DNA of 64,000 nucleotides from a virus. Taxonomy: Duplodnaviria; Caudoviricetes. The stretch spans positions 1 through 64,000 of IMG/VR virus record IMGVR_UViG_2895055527_000002. One strand, 5' to 3'. Below are positions 1-10,368 of the stretch, one piece after another. The notes beneath the pieces are model-generated. The model was given only the letters and a program-made list of their open reading frames with translations, was not told the origin of the DNA and did not search any database. The position numbers and the translations under genes are program-made. How positions within the stretch are numbered: the first letter of the stretch is position 1; each line of letters starts with the position of its first letter.

Positions 1-464
1 ATGTTGGTGACGGTCAGAACGATACTAGGCGCTCTAGTCCCAATCGGTGTCGTAGTCGGTGCGGCTGGCTACTTCATGCCCTCTCACGGCTCGCGCGACG
101 ACGAGGATCACAACGTGCGAACAACGCTCATCGCTGGCGCAACGTCGGTTACGGTGCTGGCGATCCTCATTTTGTTTGGGTCGCACGTTCGCTGAGAGAG
201 GCAGGAGGCCGTTTGAACCAATACGAACCACTAGCCTGGATAGCACTATCCGTCCTTGGGTCCTAAGTGGCGAGACGCCAATGCAGGGGAGGCTACAATC
301 TATACGTCCCAGTCGCTGCCGAGCAGGAACGTCGATGTCCGGACACGCTATTCGCAGTTTTTTATCGCTATATGCGTACTGGTGACGGTCGGAAGCGTTT
401 TCACAACACATTAGGTGCCGCACTCTGGCGGACGTCACGCCCGTCGGCGGCGAGTGAGGTACTC

Positions 465-698
465 GTGATTTCACTGTTCGACGTTCATCGGGGGTGCGAT
501 ATCAGAATCACCATTGGTGCTCATTGTTCGGCGTGGGTCATCACAATAGATGTTTGGCCCCGGGACGGTGTCGAACTCGTTGTACCTTTCGGACGTCGGA
601 GAATGAGTGTGCCGAAAGAGGAGGCATTGCAAATTGTCGTCGGAGAGCTTCTTAGAGAGGTCAGGCTAGCGATTGATTACGACATAGTCGGGCGCTGA
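465..698 (+). CDS. Small hypothetical protein (77 aa), paralog of the prophage gene at 26831-27064
   Basis: GTG at 465 after GAGG; aligns without gaps to 26831..27064 (37/77 identical by manual count). Confidence 0.7.
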   Translation: MISLFDVHRGCDIRITIGAHCSAWVITIDVWPRDGVELVVPFGRRRMSVPKEEALQIVVGELLREVRLAIDYDIVGR

Positions 699-1358
699 TT
701 GCAGTCGCGTTGCCATCGAAGCAGAAGCCTCAGCGTTTATCTCATTCCTATTAAGTCGCGAAAGGTGCTTCGTCTACTAGGTGATGCGATTGGCGGGCCG
801 CGTGTCGAGACGGGAGAACGGCTCTCGAAATACTTCAAAGAGTTTTCATTTCGAGCCGGAGATTCAGCGGTTAGTCGACAGTACGATGCACGTCTACAGC
901 GCAATCGCACGCTCTGCATGACGACAAGCCGTGCCTCTATAATGGGATTGCTTTCGAGTTCAGCTGTGACTTGGAAAACATAAACGCAATCGAAAAAAGG
1001 CGACGGATGGTTGGCGTCTCTCCAGGGGCACAGACGTCAATTGCAATTCCAGTTAGACGATCGAGAACTAAGCTTGAGGCCTTACGTCTGGAAAAAAAAG
1101 GTCCGGCTCAAACGCGCGGACCGGAAGCACTCCGATGAGGCCGTACGGAGCGGAAAATCCGACCTCCTGCTCAGGAGGGGGAGCGGGCAAGGCCGGAAGC
1201 CCGAGAATACATTGACACGATGCTGTAGAAGAACTCCAAACGAGCGACTGAATCGTATCGTCCACAGTTGTCGCCTTGCTAAATGAGGGGCATGCGTTCG
1301 GCGATTCCTGTCGCGCAGGTCCTGCCACACGCAGGTGGTCGTAACAACGAAGCTGCTC

Positions 1359-1540
1359 ATGTGCGTAGACAAGGGCTGCCGCTTTCGCCGTGGAACGGTG
1401 TGCAGAAAGCTCGTGGCGGATTTTGATCGTTGGGATGAGCAGGCGCGGTGCGCCGAGAATGGGAAGTTCTACGAACGCTAAAAGATGCTTCGTTAATGTT
1501 TCCAGTCCTCAGTGAACAATGGGGGGGTATTCCCCTGCGT
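1359..1540 (+). pseudogene. Decayed fragment of a small hypothetical gene
   Basis: Protein-like frame (CRKLVADFDRWDEQARCAENGKFYER*KMLR*CF) interrupted by two stops; boundaries approximate. Confidence 0.3.
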
Positions 1541-1624
1541 GCGAGCGGAGTCCAACGCGTCGTCCCGCCTGGAGCATCTTGAGGAATTGGCGTAACGACG
1601 AAAGGGAACAATCGGTTTAACTAA

Positions 1625-1662
1625 CAAAAGCGACAGTCCGATGTAAGGGCGGTCGCTTTTTG
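1625..1662. terminator. Possible bidirectional intrinsic terminator
   Basis: AAAAGCGAC...GTCGCTTTT inverted repeat downstream of the XRE gene. Confidence 0.45.
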
Positions 1663-1734
1663 CTATGGGGCCCACGATTCAAGCGGAATTGTACGTGTCT
1701 TCGTGGGACAGCCTGCAGAAGGGGGGGTAGATGC

Positions 1735-2070
1735 TCAGCCGCTATGGTCGTCGGCTTGCTCTGCTTCTATCAGCGCTCGTACTGTCCGTCGCTTGGCCTT
1801 GGGTAAGCGACCCCAGAGAAGAACAATCTCAGCGAGGCCGTCGTCCTCACAATAGAAATACGCGGTCGGGATATTTAGTGCGTCTGCCAGTTTTACTGCT
1901 ATACCAAATGGCGGTTCGTGAACCCCCGTTTCGTACCGGCTTATCCGGGCACTGGCAGTCCCCTCATCCAACCCGATACGAACCCCGAGCAAATCTTGCG
2001 GAATATCCATTCGCCGTCGAGCTTCTCTGAGCCGACGTCCGAAGATGGTCGCGGGTTGCTGGGTAGTCAT
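1735..2070 (-). CDS. XRE-family HTH regulator, C.Csp231I-like controller protein
   Basis: RRLREARR..QDLLGVRIGLDEGTASARISRYETGVHEP..LADALNIPTAYFYCEDDGLAEI matches the C.Csp231I-type controller pattern. Confidence 0.88.
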   Translation of the reverse strand: MTTQQPATIFGRRLREARRRMDIPQDLLGVRIGLDEGTASARISRYETGVHEPPFGIAVKLADALNIPTAYFYCEDDGLAEIVLLWGRLPKAKRRTVRALIEAEQADDHSG

Positions 2071-2071
2071 C

Positions 2072-2122
2072 CTACGATACTCGTAGAATTACCTTGCTCA
2101 ATCTCTACGTAATTCGTAGAAT
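2072..2122. promoter_or_regulatory. Two palindromic operators CTACG-N5-CGTAG (2072-2086, 2105-2119) overlapping a rightward sigma70 promoter
   Basis: Palindromes 18 bp apart; TTGCTC (2094-2099), 17 bp spacer, TAGAAT (2117-2122). Confidence 0.75.
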
Positions 2123-2300
2123 TCGGCGAAACTCAAATGCTTGTTCTTCCTGAGAGCTTCGATGCCGTCGTGGTCACGTGCCGTCCCTCTGCATTCGCGC
2201 GTTCTGGAGCTGCTGTGTTCTCACATGCCTTTCCCTGGCTGCAAGGTGTGATGAACTTCAGCGGGCGCGCCGCTCAACCCAACGCAAGGATCTGGAAACA

Positions 2301-3272
2301 ATGATGATGAGATTGACAGCCGCCTCACTTACCACAGTGCTCCTACTGCAAGCTTGCGCAACGGTATCGAAGGGGCAACCCCAGAAAGCGACGCAGGAGC
2401 TTGCTGATTCGCTGAGTGTGTATCCGGATAACAGAGTGGCCTACATCTATCAGAGTGGAATAATTTCCCCGAGGCATGTGTGGTTGACTGAAAACCAAGT
2501 ATTGGCGATCAAGTTCCGGAATCGACTTATCAATACGAAGGACATTTCGTCGATTAACGCGTTTTCGCCGACGAGCGACCGCATGTACATGGCAGTGACG
2601 GTCCAACTCAGGTCGGGGGAGACGCTGACGGAGACCTACCTGAAGCGGGATGCGTACGAGAATGCGGGCCCGCAATGGGTTGCCTGCACGTTGAATAAGG
2701 TGTGTGCAGACCTTGTTCGCGCCGGCGTTTATGGCGTCCCGGATCGTTTTCCCGGGATGCCGCCATTCCTGGCGAACGTGAGCGAGAGCGAGGCAGAGCA
2801 GGCCGGGACTAACCGGGCGTCGAAGGACGCAGCGACCATCGCGGAAAACATGGTGGTCTCACGAGGCTTGAGTGGGGCGATTCCCAACTTCGCAATGAAG
2901 TACAACATCAAGTTTGGCGAGATTCGGGAAATCTCGAACCTTGAACCGTTGGTCAGACGGGCAACCAGAGCGTATGCTTCATCGCCAACTTCAGCAGCAA
3001 GGTGGCAACAGGAACACGAAGCTCAGGATGCGAATCGGAGGAGGGCGCTTATGCAATACGCAACCACCAAGCTACGCCAGTCTCCTTCGGTTGGTGCAGG
3101 AACTAACTGCGGGCCGATCTTTGAGATTCGACTTCCTAAGGTGGGAGTGATAACGGTCGCCGGGCCGAAATTCATCGCCCTTGCTGACCTTTACGCACCG
3201 GGCGTTGCCTGTTATATCGTTAGCGGGAAGTACGATAGCGTTCGGACAAAAATGGCCGTCGAAAGCCAATAG
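2301..3272 (+). CDS. Lipoprotein of unknown function
   Basis: AAGGA upstream of ATG 2301; signal peptide with lipobox LQA-C; Cys-containing C-terminal domain (TNCGPI..ACYIV). Confidence 0.75.
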   Translation: MMMRLTAASLTTVLLLQACATVSKGQPQKATQELADSLSVYPDNRVAYIYQSGIISPRHVWLTENQVLAIKFRNRLINTKDISSINAFSPTSDRMYMAVTVQLRSGETLTETYLKRDAYENAGPQWVACTLNKVCADLVRAGVYGVPDRFPGMPPFLANVSESEAEQAGTNRASKDAATIAENMVVSRGLSGAIPNFAMKYNIKFGEIREISNLEPLVRRATRAYASSPTSAARWQQEHEAQDANRRRALMQYATTKLRQSPSVGAGTNCGPIFEIRLPKVGVITVAGPKFIALADLYAPGVACYIVSGKYDSVRTKMAVESQ

Positions 3273-3658
3273 GTCGCCGCCAGGAGCAACGGGCTTCCAA
3301 CATGAAGCCGTCACTACAGGCTCGTCGTTCCATTTCGGGAGTACGAGCGTAGATTGCCCACCGCGGCGGAATTACGTTTGCATGGCAGCGTCGAGGGTGC
3401 TTCGCGATTGCGTAAACCACTCCATGTCCGCTGTCTGTTGCTACGATTGTGCAACTCGCTAGCAATCAGCTTGTCGCGGATGATGTGGTGTTTTCTGTGT
3501 TTGCGAGTCGGGAGACTCCGCGGAATCCTTGGGGTTTAGCGCTCGTCAGTGAAAGACTTGGGCGGACGATCTGTTCAGCCCTTTTAAGCAATCAGTTCCT
3601 AAAGTTCTCGCGGAGTTGGCCAATCTATAAGAATATTTATGGAATCGGATTCTTAGTT

Positions 3659-4261
3659 ATGCTTAGGATACTTCTTGCCGCTATCGCTGTGTTTACTGGT
3701 CTTGTTTTCGCCGTACGCGTTGTTCCTCACGATGAGTATTTAGGTGCGATTAGCCTTTTCCTAGCGGGCGTACTCGTAGCGTCAGCGATCATAATCGGTC
3801 CAGACTTGGTGCGTGACTATCGTTGGACGCTGGGTACGGCAGTTTTCACAGTCATTGGTATTCAGTCTGTATTGACGGAAACCCATGGATTCGACTTGGA
3901 GAGGCAAACACTCCAAACGGAAATCGCATTTGTTCTCGCGGAACAACTTACGCTACCAGGAAACCCTTGGCAGCTGTCGCAGGAGGATGCTCAACTTGCG
4001 CGAAGTACTATGAATGAATGCATGGTGCAAGGAGCGCGGGACCTGATGCAAAGCACAGTGGCATCAGGTAAGGCCATTCATTTTGGACCGGGCGCGACGT
4101 TGGGCGACGCAATGATCCAGGCTCTCGACGGCAACACTCCGGAGGAGCGTTGCTTGTCTGGTTTCGCGACTCTCCACCGGGTACGACCGCTCATGTTCAC
4201 AAATGTCATCCAAGGCCATCAAGCGTGGCTAGAGAGGAATGGCATTTTTTCAGGTGGATGA
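3659..4261 (+). CDS. Membrane protein with about 3 N-terminal TM helices, unknown function
   Basis: Hydrophobic segments after MLRILLAAIAV; start chosen at ATG 3659 (the ORF track opens at 3449). Confidence 0.65.
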   Translation: MLRILLAAIAVFTGLVFAVRVVPHDEYLGAISLFLAGVLVASAIIIGPDLVRDYRWTLGTAVFTVIGIQSVLTETHGFDLERQTLQTEIAFVLAEQLTLPGNPWQLSQEDAQLARSTMNECMVQGARDLMQSTVASGKAIHFGPGATLGDAMIQALDGNTPEERCLSGFATLHRVRPLMFTNVIQGHQAWLERNGIFSGG

Positions 4262-4411
4262 GCTGGCTTTGGACTAGCAGCGCTGTAGGGTGGCTTCGAA
4301 AGTTGATCCAGGTACAACCAGTTCACGATTTCAAGCTGCCCGACTTAGGCGGAGAGATCGGCGAGACTCGTGAGTAGCCCGACGATTCAATATTTTGGAT
4401 TGAGATGCACT

Positions 4412-5680
4412 ATGTCTTCGCTAGAAATTTACTCAGATACCAAATTCGTCGGCACCCTTGCGGACCAGCGAGGCAGGCAGCTGAGCATTGAGTTCTTTGT
4501 GCGGATTGACAATGCTGGGGAGCTTCACCTGAGGTTTGAATCCATTTCAGAACCGGGTATTGCATTTGAACTAGTCGCGCACAATTTTGGCGCGGATGAC
4601 CTGACGTTGTACCTGCACCTTATGGGGACATCCGACACCGGAGAGTTTTCAAGCCCCGATTTCTACTTGACCGGTAAGCGTTCGGACGGGGCTCGTTCTA
4701 ATCCGATGCTTACATTGGCGGGGCGCTGTATGTCCGCGAGAATCACGCGAAAGAGCGAAAGGTCGGAGTTGCGCCCAGCGGCGGTGGCCTTCTATACGAA
4801 CGGATTCAAGACGTTCACCGCGCTCAGAACTGAGAATGAGCATGAAAAGTTAAGGATGTTTGGTCACCAGTTCGGGGAAAAGCATGATCCGCCGACTGCC
4901 GGTCAAGTGGTTCTTGTTAGCAAATTGGAGGTCCCGTCCGAGGGGTGGTTCGATGGGGCTGTAAATTCGCTTCGACATGTCGCGCGCGTGATGTCGCTTG
5001 CCCTAGATGTATACATTGAACCTCGCGTTATTCTTGAGCAGTATCCTGATGTCGACGTGTTCAGTGTCGACGCGTTTGGCCCTTCGCCCCAGCCGCACGT
5101 AGCGCCATTCAGTTTTGTGCAGCTGCCCAGCATATTCGAACATGCATTTGCAATGACACGCGATGAACGCAGCGCGTTTGAGTCGTATGACTTGCCCATC
5201 CGGTGGTTGGTCGCCCCCAGCCACTACGACGAGGCGCGGCACATCGGAGCCATGACCGCTCTGGAGGCTATTCTTTCTCGCGTTAGCGGGGGAGTCTTGC
5301 TTGGTAAGGCAGCGTTTGCGCGACTTAGAAGAAAGCTCGCCGCGGTAATCAACGAGGAGGGGCTTTCAGACAGTTTGGTTGATTCGATGTGCCGAAAACT
5401 CCCAGAGTTGAATCGCCAAGCGCTGGGTGACAAGCTCAAAATCTACCTGATGGAACATGACGTACGCGTAGACGACTTCCCCATGGACGTGTTCGGAAGC
5501 ATCATCCCCGCGCGAAATGAGGTTGTACACAGCGGTATTGGCAGAGATAGACATGAGGACATCACCCCATACATGTACGTTGCACGTGCGCTGGTAACGC
5601 GGATGATCCTCCGTGCAGCAAACTACCGCGGCCCGCTTCGGTGGCCCAATGGTGACGGATTTACTCAAGTGAACTTATGA
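4412..5680 (+). CDS. ApeA-like HEPN-domain protein, putative anti-phage RNase
   Basis: C-terminal HEPN motif RNEVVH (RxxxxH) preceded by AMTALEAIL helix; beta-rich N-terminus; alternative start 4370. Confidence 0.75.
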   Translation: MSSLEIYSDTKFVGTLADQRGRQLSIEFFVRIDNAGELHLRFESISEPGIAFELVAHNFGADDLTLYLHLMGTSDTGEFSSPDFYLTGKRSDGARSNPMLTLAGRCMSARITRKSERSELRPAAVAFYTNGFKTFTALRTENEHEKLRMFGHQFGEKHDPPTAGQVVLVSKLEVPSEGWFDGAVNSLRHVARVMSLALDVYIEPRVILEQYPDVDVFSVDAFGPSPQPHVAPFSFVQLPSIFEHAFAMTRDERSAFESYDLPIRWLVAPSHYDEARHIGAMTALEAILSRVSGGVLLGKAAFARLRRKLAAVINEEGLSDSLVDSMCRKLPELNRQALGDKLKIYLMEHDVRVDDFPMDVFGSIIPARNEVVHSGIGRDRHEDITPYMYVARALVTRMILRAANYRGPLRWPNGDGFTQVNL

Positions 5681-6002
5681 CCATTACGTCAGGGACTCGA
5701 GGAATTGACTCTCACGGTAGTCGTGAGAAGCTCCCCCAGGGACGAAAGGTATCGCGTGGGATTTCGACTTGAAGGGTACGCGCCGGGGCAGATTGGCTCG
5801 CAGGCGCTCAAGTAGGGCGGACTGGCCTAAGTGACCATTTAAAGCGGGTGGGGCGCGTGCAAACTCTAGACCGGCCAACCTTTGGTAGACATCTTCGCGC
5901 GATTTGCCACAATCCCGGCATTAGCTTGCGTTCGCTACTTTGACGCTTGGCGGGTTTGCTGCCGCCTCGCGGCTTACAACGGTTTGCGTCGAAGGTGCCA
6001 CG

Positions 6003-6323
6003 TCAACTACGAAGCGCGACATTGAGGAACTCCTGCCAATGTTGCAAGGCATGAGGTAGCGTCGGGGCAACGCTGTCACGATTCAGATGGTCTCCTCGCC
6101 AATGGCCACATTTGCGCTCCCATAGCTCTAGCAGCGAAGCAGCATCCTTCTTCTCATTTTCAGTCGCGCCAGGAACCGAAGGGACTGCAAGCAAGATAGC
6201 AAGCGCCTGAGGGTCTCCAAACGGGCGAAAATTGGTTGCCACTTGTGTTTGAAAACCACCTCCGCACTGCGGGTGCTCTATGGCGATTCGCGCGCTTTGC
6301 AGTGCGCTTGAGATTTCCGACAT
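6003..6323 (-). CDS. Hypothetical protein (106 aa), co-oriented downstream of the TIR gene
   Basis: GGAGG RBS before ATG; 61 bp downstream of the TIR stop. Confidence 0.65.
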   Translation of the reverse strand: MSEISSALQSARIAIEHPQCGGGFQTQVATNFRPFGDPQALAILLAVPSVPGATENEKKDAASLLELWERKCGHWRGDHLNRDSVAPTLPHALQHWQEFLNVALRS

Positions 6324-6384
6324 GAGAAGCCTCCTGGGTCAAAGCATTGAAACTGCAATCGACTTTCCGCGACCAAGTGCGTCA

Positions 6385-7332
6385 CTATTGGATTCGCTCC
6401 ATTAGTGTGGCCCAAAGATACTCGGCTGCCCCAGACTCGGAGAGCTGACTTTCCGCGGTGCCGGACATGCTCATCATGGGTTTGAGGAATAGCTTCTGGC
6501 TGTCCGCCCCGACCGTGAGTGCCTCATTGAAGCTATTCGAGTAAGCCGAGATGTTGTTGGAGTATCGAATTTCGGCATGCCCTCGGCCATATCCACCTAG
6601 GGAAATGGCGCACTGAGTCACGCACTTTCCCTCCTTGTATATGCTCGCAGTGAAGCTGCGTGAGTCGATTCGCTCAAATCGGCCTTTGAAATCGGGATGA
6701 CGCTCCTGCAGTGCTGATAGCGAGCCTTCAAAGAAGGCTGCCATAAAATTGAACGCATCAGCGATGTAGGTATCCCTCTCCAGTTCTGAAAAGTCTTTCC
6801 GTACGCGCAAGTTACTGGAGCGCGGAGTGGTCTCCGCCGGACGGATTCGGACCTCGTTTGCTGCGGAGGGCTTAGAGTGCATTGACCGTTTGAGCCCAGT
6901 GCTTTCAAGGCTTTTTCGGATTGCCTTTGCGATGTCGGTAAATGCCTCATCCCGGTTTGGCCACGACGTCACCGGTCGTGCATCTTTAGGTAGCGCTAGC
7001 ATGTCAGCAAAGGGGGCCGTTTGCCAGTCACACTGGCGCAGAATCACGGCAATTGTGCGGGCTTCCCCGTTACGGCTACGCTCGAGCGCGCGGCTCATCT
7101 CCTTGGAGTAGCAATATGCCGAGTTGATAAAGTCGGCACTCACCAGAAGCAGAATAACGTCGGCTCCTTCCAACTGCTCAGAGATGCTGTTGTCGATGTT
7201 GTCTCCGGCAACAATCCTCCGGTCATGCCAAGTTTCAATAAGTCCATTGCGCTTCAACATCGACAGATGTACTTCGAGTTGATCTCGAAGATCTTCATCA
7301 GCGTGACAGTATGAGAAAAACAAAGAAGCCAT
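6385..7332 (-). CDS. TIR-domain protein (TIR_2-like) with an uncharacterised C-terminal domain
   Basis: FFSYCHAD..WHDRRIVAGD..ILLLVSADFINSAYCYSKEM (catalytic Glu retained); ATG at 7332. Confidence 0.88.
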   Translation of the reverse strand: MASLFFSYCHADEDLRDQLEVHLSMLKRNGLIETWHDRRIVAGDNIDNSISEQLEGADVILLLVSADFINSAYCYSKEMSRALERSRNGEARTIAVILRQCDWQTAPFADMLALPKDARPVTSWPNRDEAFTDIAKAIRKSLESTGLKRSMHSKPSAANEVRIRPAETTPRSSNLRVRKDFSELERDTYIADAFNFMAAFFEGSLSALQERHPDFKGRFERIDSRSFTASIYKEGKCVTQCAISLGGYGRGHAEIRYSNNISAYSNSFNEALTVGADSQKLFLKPMMSMSGTAESQLSESGAAEYLWATLMERIQ

Positions 7333-8539
7333 TGTCAGTCCTGGAGTCGGCAAGAGTTTAAGTGGCACTCGCTAAGTTTGAACATTAGCATGAAGCCTGA
7401 CTCGCACGACGGACAACGCTACTTGCTCCCACATTTCGAAATCGCCGCTCGCATTCGCGAGGATCATCTAACGGCAGAGGAACGATGTAATCCCTTACGC
7501 GGTTTCCCGATTCTAGTGTGGACCCGGGATTGGTCGAGTTTCGACGTGCGTATCGACGGGAACGTCTAGGTCAAATGTTCAAACACATGGCGACGACGGT
7601 TGGTGACGCGAACGAAGGACGATCGTCCGCTTCCCCTGAACATCAGGCACACCTGCCTGCACGCGACCGATTGAAAATGGTTTGGCCGATGGCTCACGCC
7701 TGTTTCTCGTGGAGGATTCCGGGGGCTCCGCGCGAAGTTGGCTCGGCTCCTGTCGCTTGGTGGTCTGCGATTGCCGTGCAAGCCTCGGATCGGCCGATCC
7801 AGGAGGTAAAGCAGGTGTTGCTTCCAGGCATTGCGTTGACACTGCTTATGGAATCCTGAATCCATTGCGGCAAACTTGACCGGTCGAGCACGCGAGGCCG
7901 CATAGACCTGCTTGAAGGTCCCAACGTCCGAGTATGCCCCTGGGGTGCTTGGTCGTGTTAGCCGCGATCATGAGCTTGCATTGGGAATTAATGCCTCGGT
8001 CATCGCAATGCTGGTGGGCGCTGCACTGAACTACTTCATTCCCGAGCAGGCAACTTTCCATTGAGCGAGGACGTATGTGGGGCGGCTCAAGGAGTCGATA
8101 ATAGGCCGGCTACTGCTGGCCGGGCTACGTCTGATTCGCAATGGGCATGCAACGGCCGCGAACGGCGACGATACACATCAGCGTTTCGACCAAATGCGCC
8201 ACTTTGGAAATTTGCGGACATCAATAGCGAAGCATGCCCACTGTGAAATTACCGACGATGAGCACCGGCCGAAGACTTGGTCCATTAATCAGGGCGCTCG
8301 CAACGGCGCCGGTGGTGCGGTGCCGGAGTCCAGTACTCACTGCGAGATATGAGACAAATTCCCTCGCCATCAAATTGGCGCGTGCATGCCTCGTTGCGAA
8401 GGCGAGAGTTTCCAGAGCGACGGAGTGCAATGCCCTACCTCGTTGTCAAAAAAATCGAGTAACATCCGACAGAAAAATACCCCCATTGTCGCATTCGATA
8501 TGCTCTCCATGCCGAAGTCTCGGGAAAACGGGAGTCGAA

Positions 8540-9526
8540 ATGTCGGAAAAAGCTGGCCGCATCTACGCCTTCACATGGCTCGTAAACACTGCCTTGGCTC
8601 TTGCTGATTGGACTTGGTCAAATCAGATAGGATTGCAGATTGATGGCAGCTACCTTGAGTGGGTAGCTCTGCGTTGTCTTATCAGTCTGGGCATCGCTGC
8701 CGCGCTGCGTGCCGCGGCGAATTCTCCTTGGTGCGCGCGGACGACTCGAGCGGTGCTCTACCGCAGCGCTTCCGCGGGAATCATGTGGATTGCTACGCTG
8801 GCCGTTTTCGCTAGCCTCGCCCTGATATTCCAATATCTCACTGTCACTCTTTCGTTTCCCGAAATTGCGTCCACCTTAGTGGCCGCTGATTCGCGTCTGG
8901 GGTTCGACTGGCCGGCTGCCTATTACTGGGTGAAGGCGCGACCGTGGTTGGATGCAATATTCTCAATGGCTTACCAGTCGGGGATATTCCAGCTCGCGTT
9001 GATCCCATTCATACTTATCGTCACCAATAACGTTCGCTATTACGCAGAATTCGTTATTCAGTTCATTGTTGCTTCTGCATTTGTAATATTCATTGCTACG
9101 CCTTTCCCCGCTGAGAGTGCATACGTCCATTTTAATATTCGTGACCTAGGGACTGCTTCAACGGTAGCCGACTTTTGGTTATTCAGAAGCGGTCGGTTCC
9201 ACGAGCTTACGCTTCAATCAATGCAGGGGTTGGTCTCGCTCCCATCCTTCCACACGGTATTGGCCGTGTTGTTCGCGTACGCTGTACGTCACGTGAGAAG
9301 GGTTTTCCCTATATTTATTTTGCTAAATATTGTAATGATCGCGTCTACGCCGACTCATGGTGGGCATTACATTTGGGATGTTATCGCGGGGCTGGCGATC
9401 GCTGTGGCGGCCGTGTGGAGTAGCCACAGATTAATGAAAGCATTCGGCGGCGAAATTCAATTTCGTGATCGGCATGCGGTCAAGGTGGGCGTGCTGCCAG
9501 CTGTGCGGACAACTGACCTAAATTAA
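8540..9526 (+). CDS. PAP2-superfamily (Aur1/IPC-synthase-like) integral membrane phosphoesterase
   Basis: Multi-TM; motifs LPSFHT and HYIWDVIAG; GGAG before ATG 8540. Confidence 0.85.
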   Translation: MSEKAGRIYAFTWLVNTALALADWTWSNQIGLQIDGSYLEWVALRCLISLGIAAALRAAANSPWCARTTRAVLYRSASAGIMWIATLAVFASLALIFQYLTVTLSFPEIASTLVAADSRLGFDWPAAYYWVKARPWLDAIFSMAYQSGIFQLALIPFILIVTNNVRYYAEFVIQFIVASAFVIFIATPFPAESAYVHFNIRDLGTASTVADFWLFRSGRFHELTLQSMQGLVSLPSFHTVLAVLFAYAVRHVRRVFPIFILLNIVMIASTPTHGGHYIWDVIAGLAIAVAAVWSSHRLMKAFGGEIQFRDRHAVKVGVLPAVRTTDLN

Positions 9527-9629
9527 GTGGTTGGGTCGTAATTGTCGCCGAGCATATAGTATGGTGCCTGAACCACCTTGCTTAAAAAATTCGACAATCG
9601 CATTGTTTTCGTAGCGGCATCTGAATTCC

Positions 9630-9929
9630 CATCTTCCTCGACGAGCGATGCGCGCCCAGCTCTTGGATACGCTGCTGCTCTTGGGGGGCTTCGCTCTGAA
9701 GGGTAACGCCTCGTCACTTAAGCTGAAGCTGCTCAACCCATCGGCGCAGAACCGACTCGGCAACGCCGAGGGAGCGGCATGCATCCATGTGGCTATTGCT
9801 CTGTTCAAGAACCAGTGTGGCAGCATTGCGTTTGAACTCAGGGGGAAATGAAGGACGTTGTTTGGTCATCAAACACTATTTTCATGGCCAGCATTCTCGC
9901 CTAAATGAGTGTCTGGAGGGAACAGAACA
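9630..9929 (-). mobile_element. IS3-family remnant (left end plus OrfA pseudogene)
   Basis: ATG 9869: MTKQRPSFPPEFKRNAATLVLEQSNSHMDACRSLGVAESVLRRWVEQLQLK* then degenerate QQRIQEL; typical IS911/IS222-like OrfA; no OrfB. Confidence 0.75.
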
Positions 9930-10008
9930 CTACCCCCCCACCTCTCCCCCTGTGATTTTCGAATCCGGGGCATCCTGTCTGGTGCCGCGATTCGGTATTG
10001 GCAGCCGT

Positions 10009-10368
10009 TTATCGGAATTTCTTCGGCTGCTGAGAGGGGGCGGCGGTATCGCCCCCGTGCTTGGAGGCCAAGGCCTGGACCCGCTCCTCGAGCGTCAGTC
10101 TTTTCGTTGGAAGCGGTTGAGGGAACAAGAGCAGGAGATTTCTCGCTTGTCCAATCGCCTTCAGGGCTCGCACGAAGGTTTCAAGTGAGCCATCTCCGTG
10201 GGACTCAAAGCGCTTGTAGGTCCTCAATGCTATCCCTGCGGATGCGGCGAACGATTTTTGGGACATCCTCGCCGTTCGACGCTCGCGGCGAATTCGAGAA
10301 GCTAGATATGTACGTATATCGCTCTCGCCAGCCTGCCGCAGATATTCAAGCTCTTGTTCGGGCGTCAT
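10009..10368 (-). CDS. XRE/HipB-like HTH regulator divergent from hamAB
   Basis: RIRRERRTARMSQKSFAASAGIALRTYKRFESHGDGSLETFVRAL. Confidence 0.85.
   Translation of the reverse strand: MTPEQELEYLRQAGESDIRTYLASRIRRERRTARMSQKSFAASAGIALRTYKRFESHGDGSLETFVRALKAIGQARNLLLLFPQPLPTKRLTLEERVQALASKHGGDTAAPSQQPKKFR

Noticed and set aside
7378-8430. Several short ORFs between the TIR and PAP2 genes
   Set aside because: No recognisable motif or RBS pattern; probably decayed DNA that I could not assign
8234-8539. N-terminal extension of the PAP2 ORF
   Set aside because: Non-protein-like composition; the RBS supports ATG 8540
9648-9851. 67-aa plus-strand ORF
   Set aside because: It is the antisense shadow of the IS3 OrfA remnant
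1721-9950. GGGGGGGTAG runs near 1721 and, inverted, near 9930
   Set aside because: Short low-complexity match with no further flanking similarity
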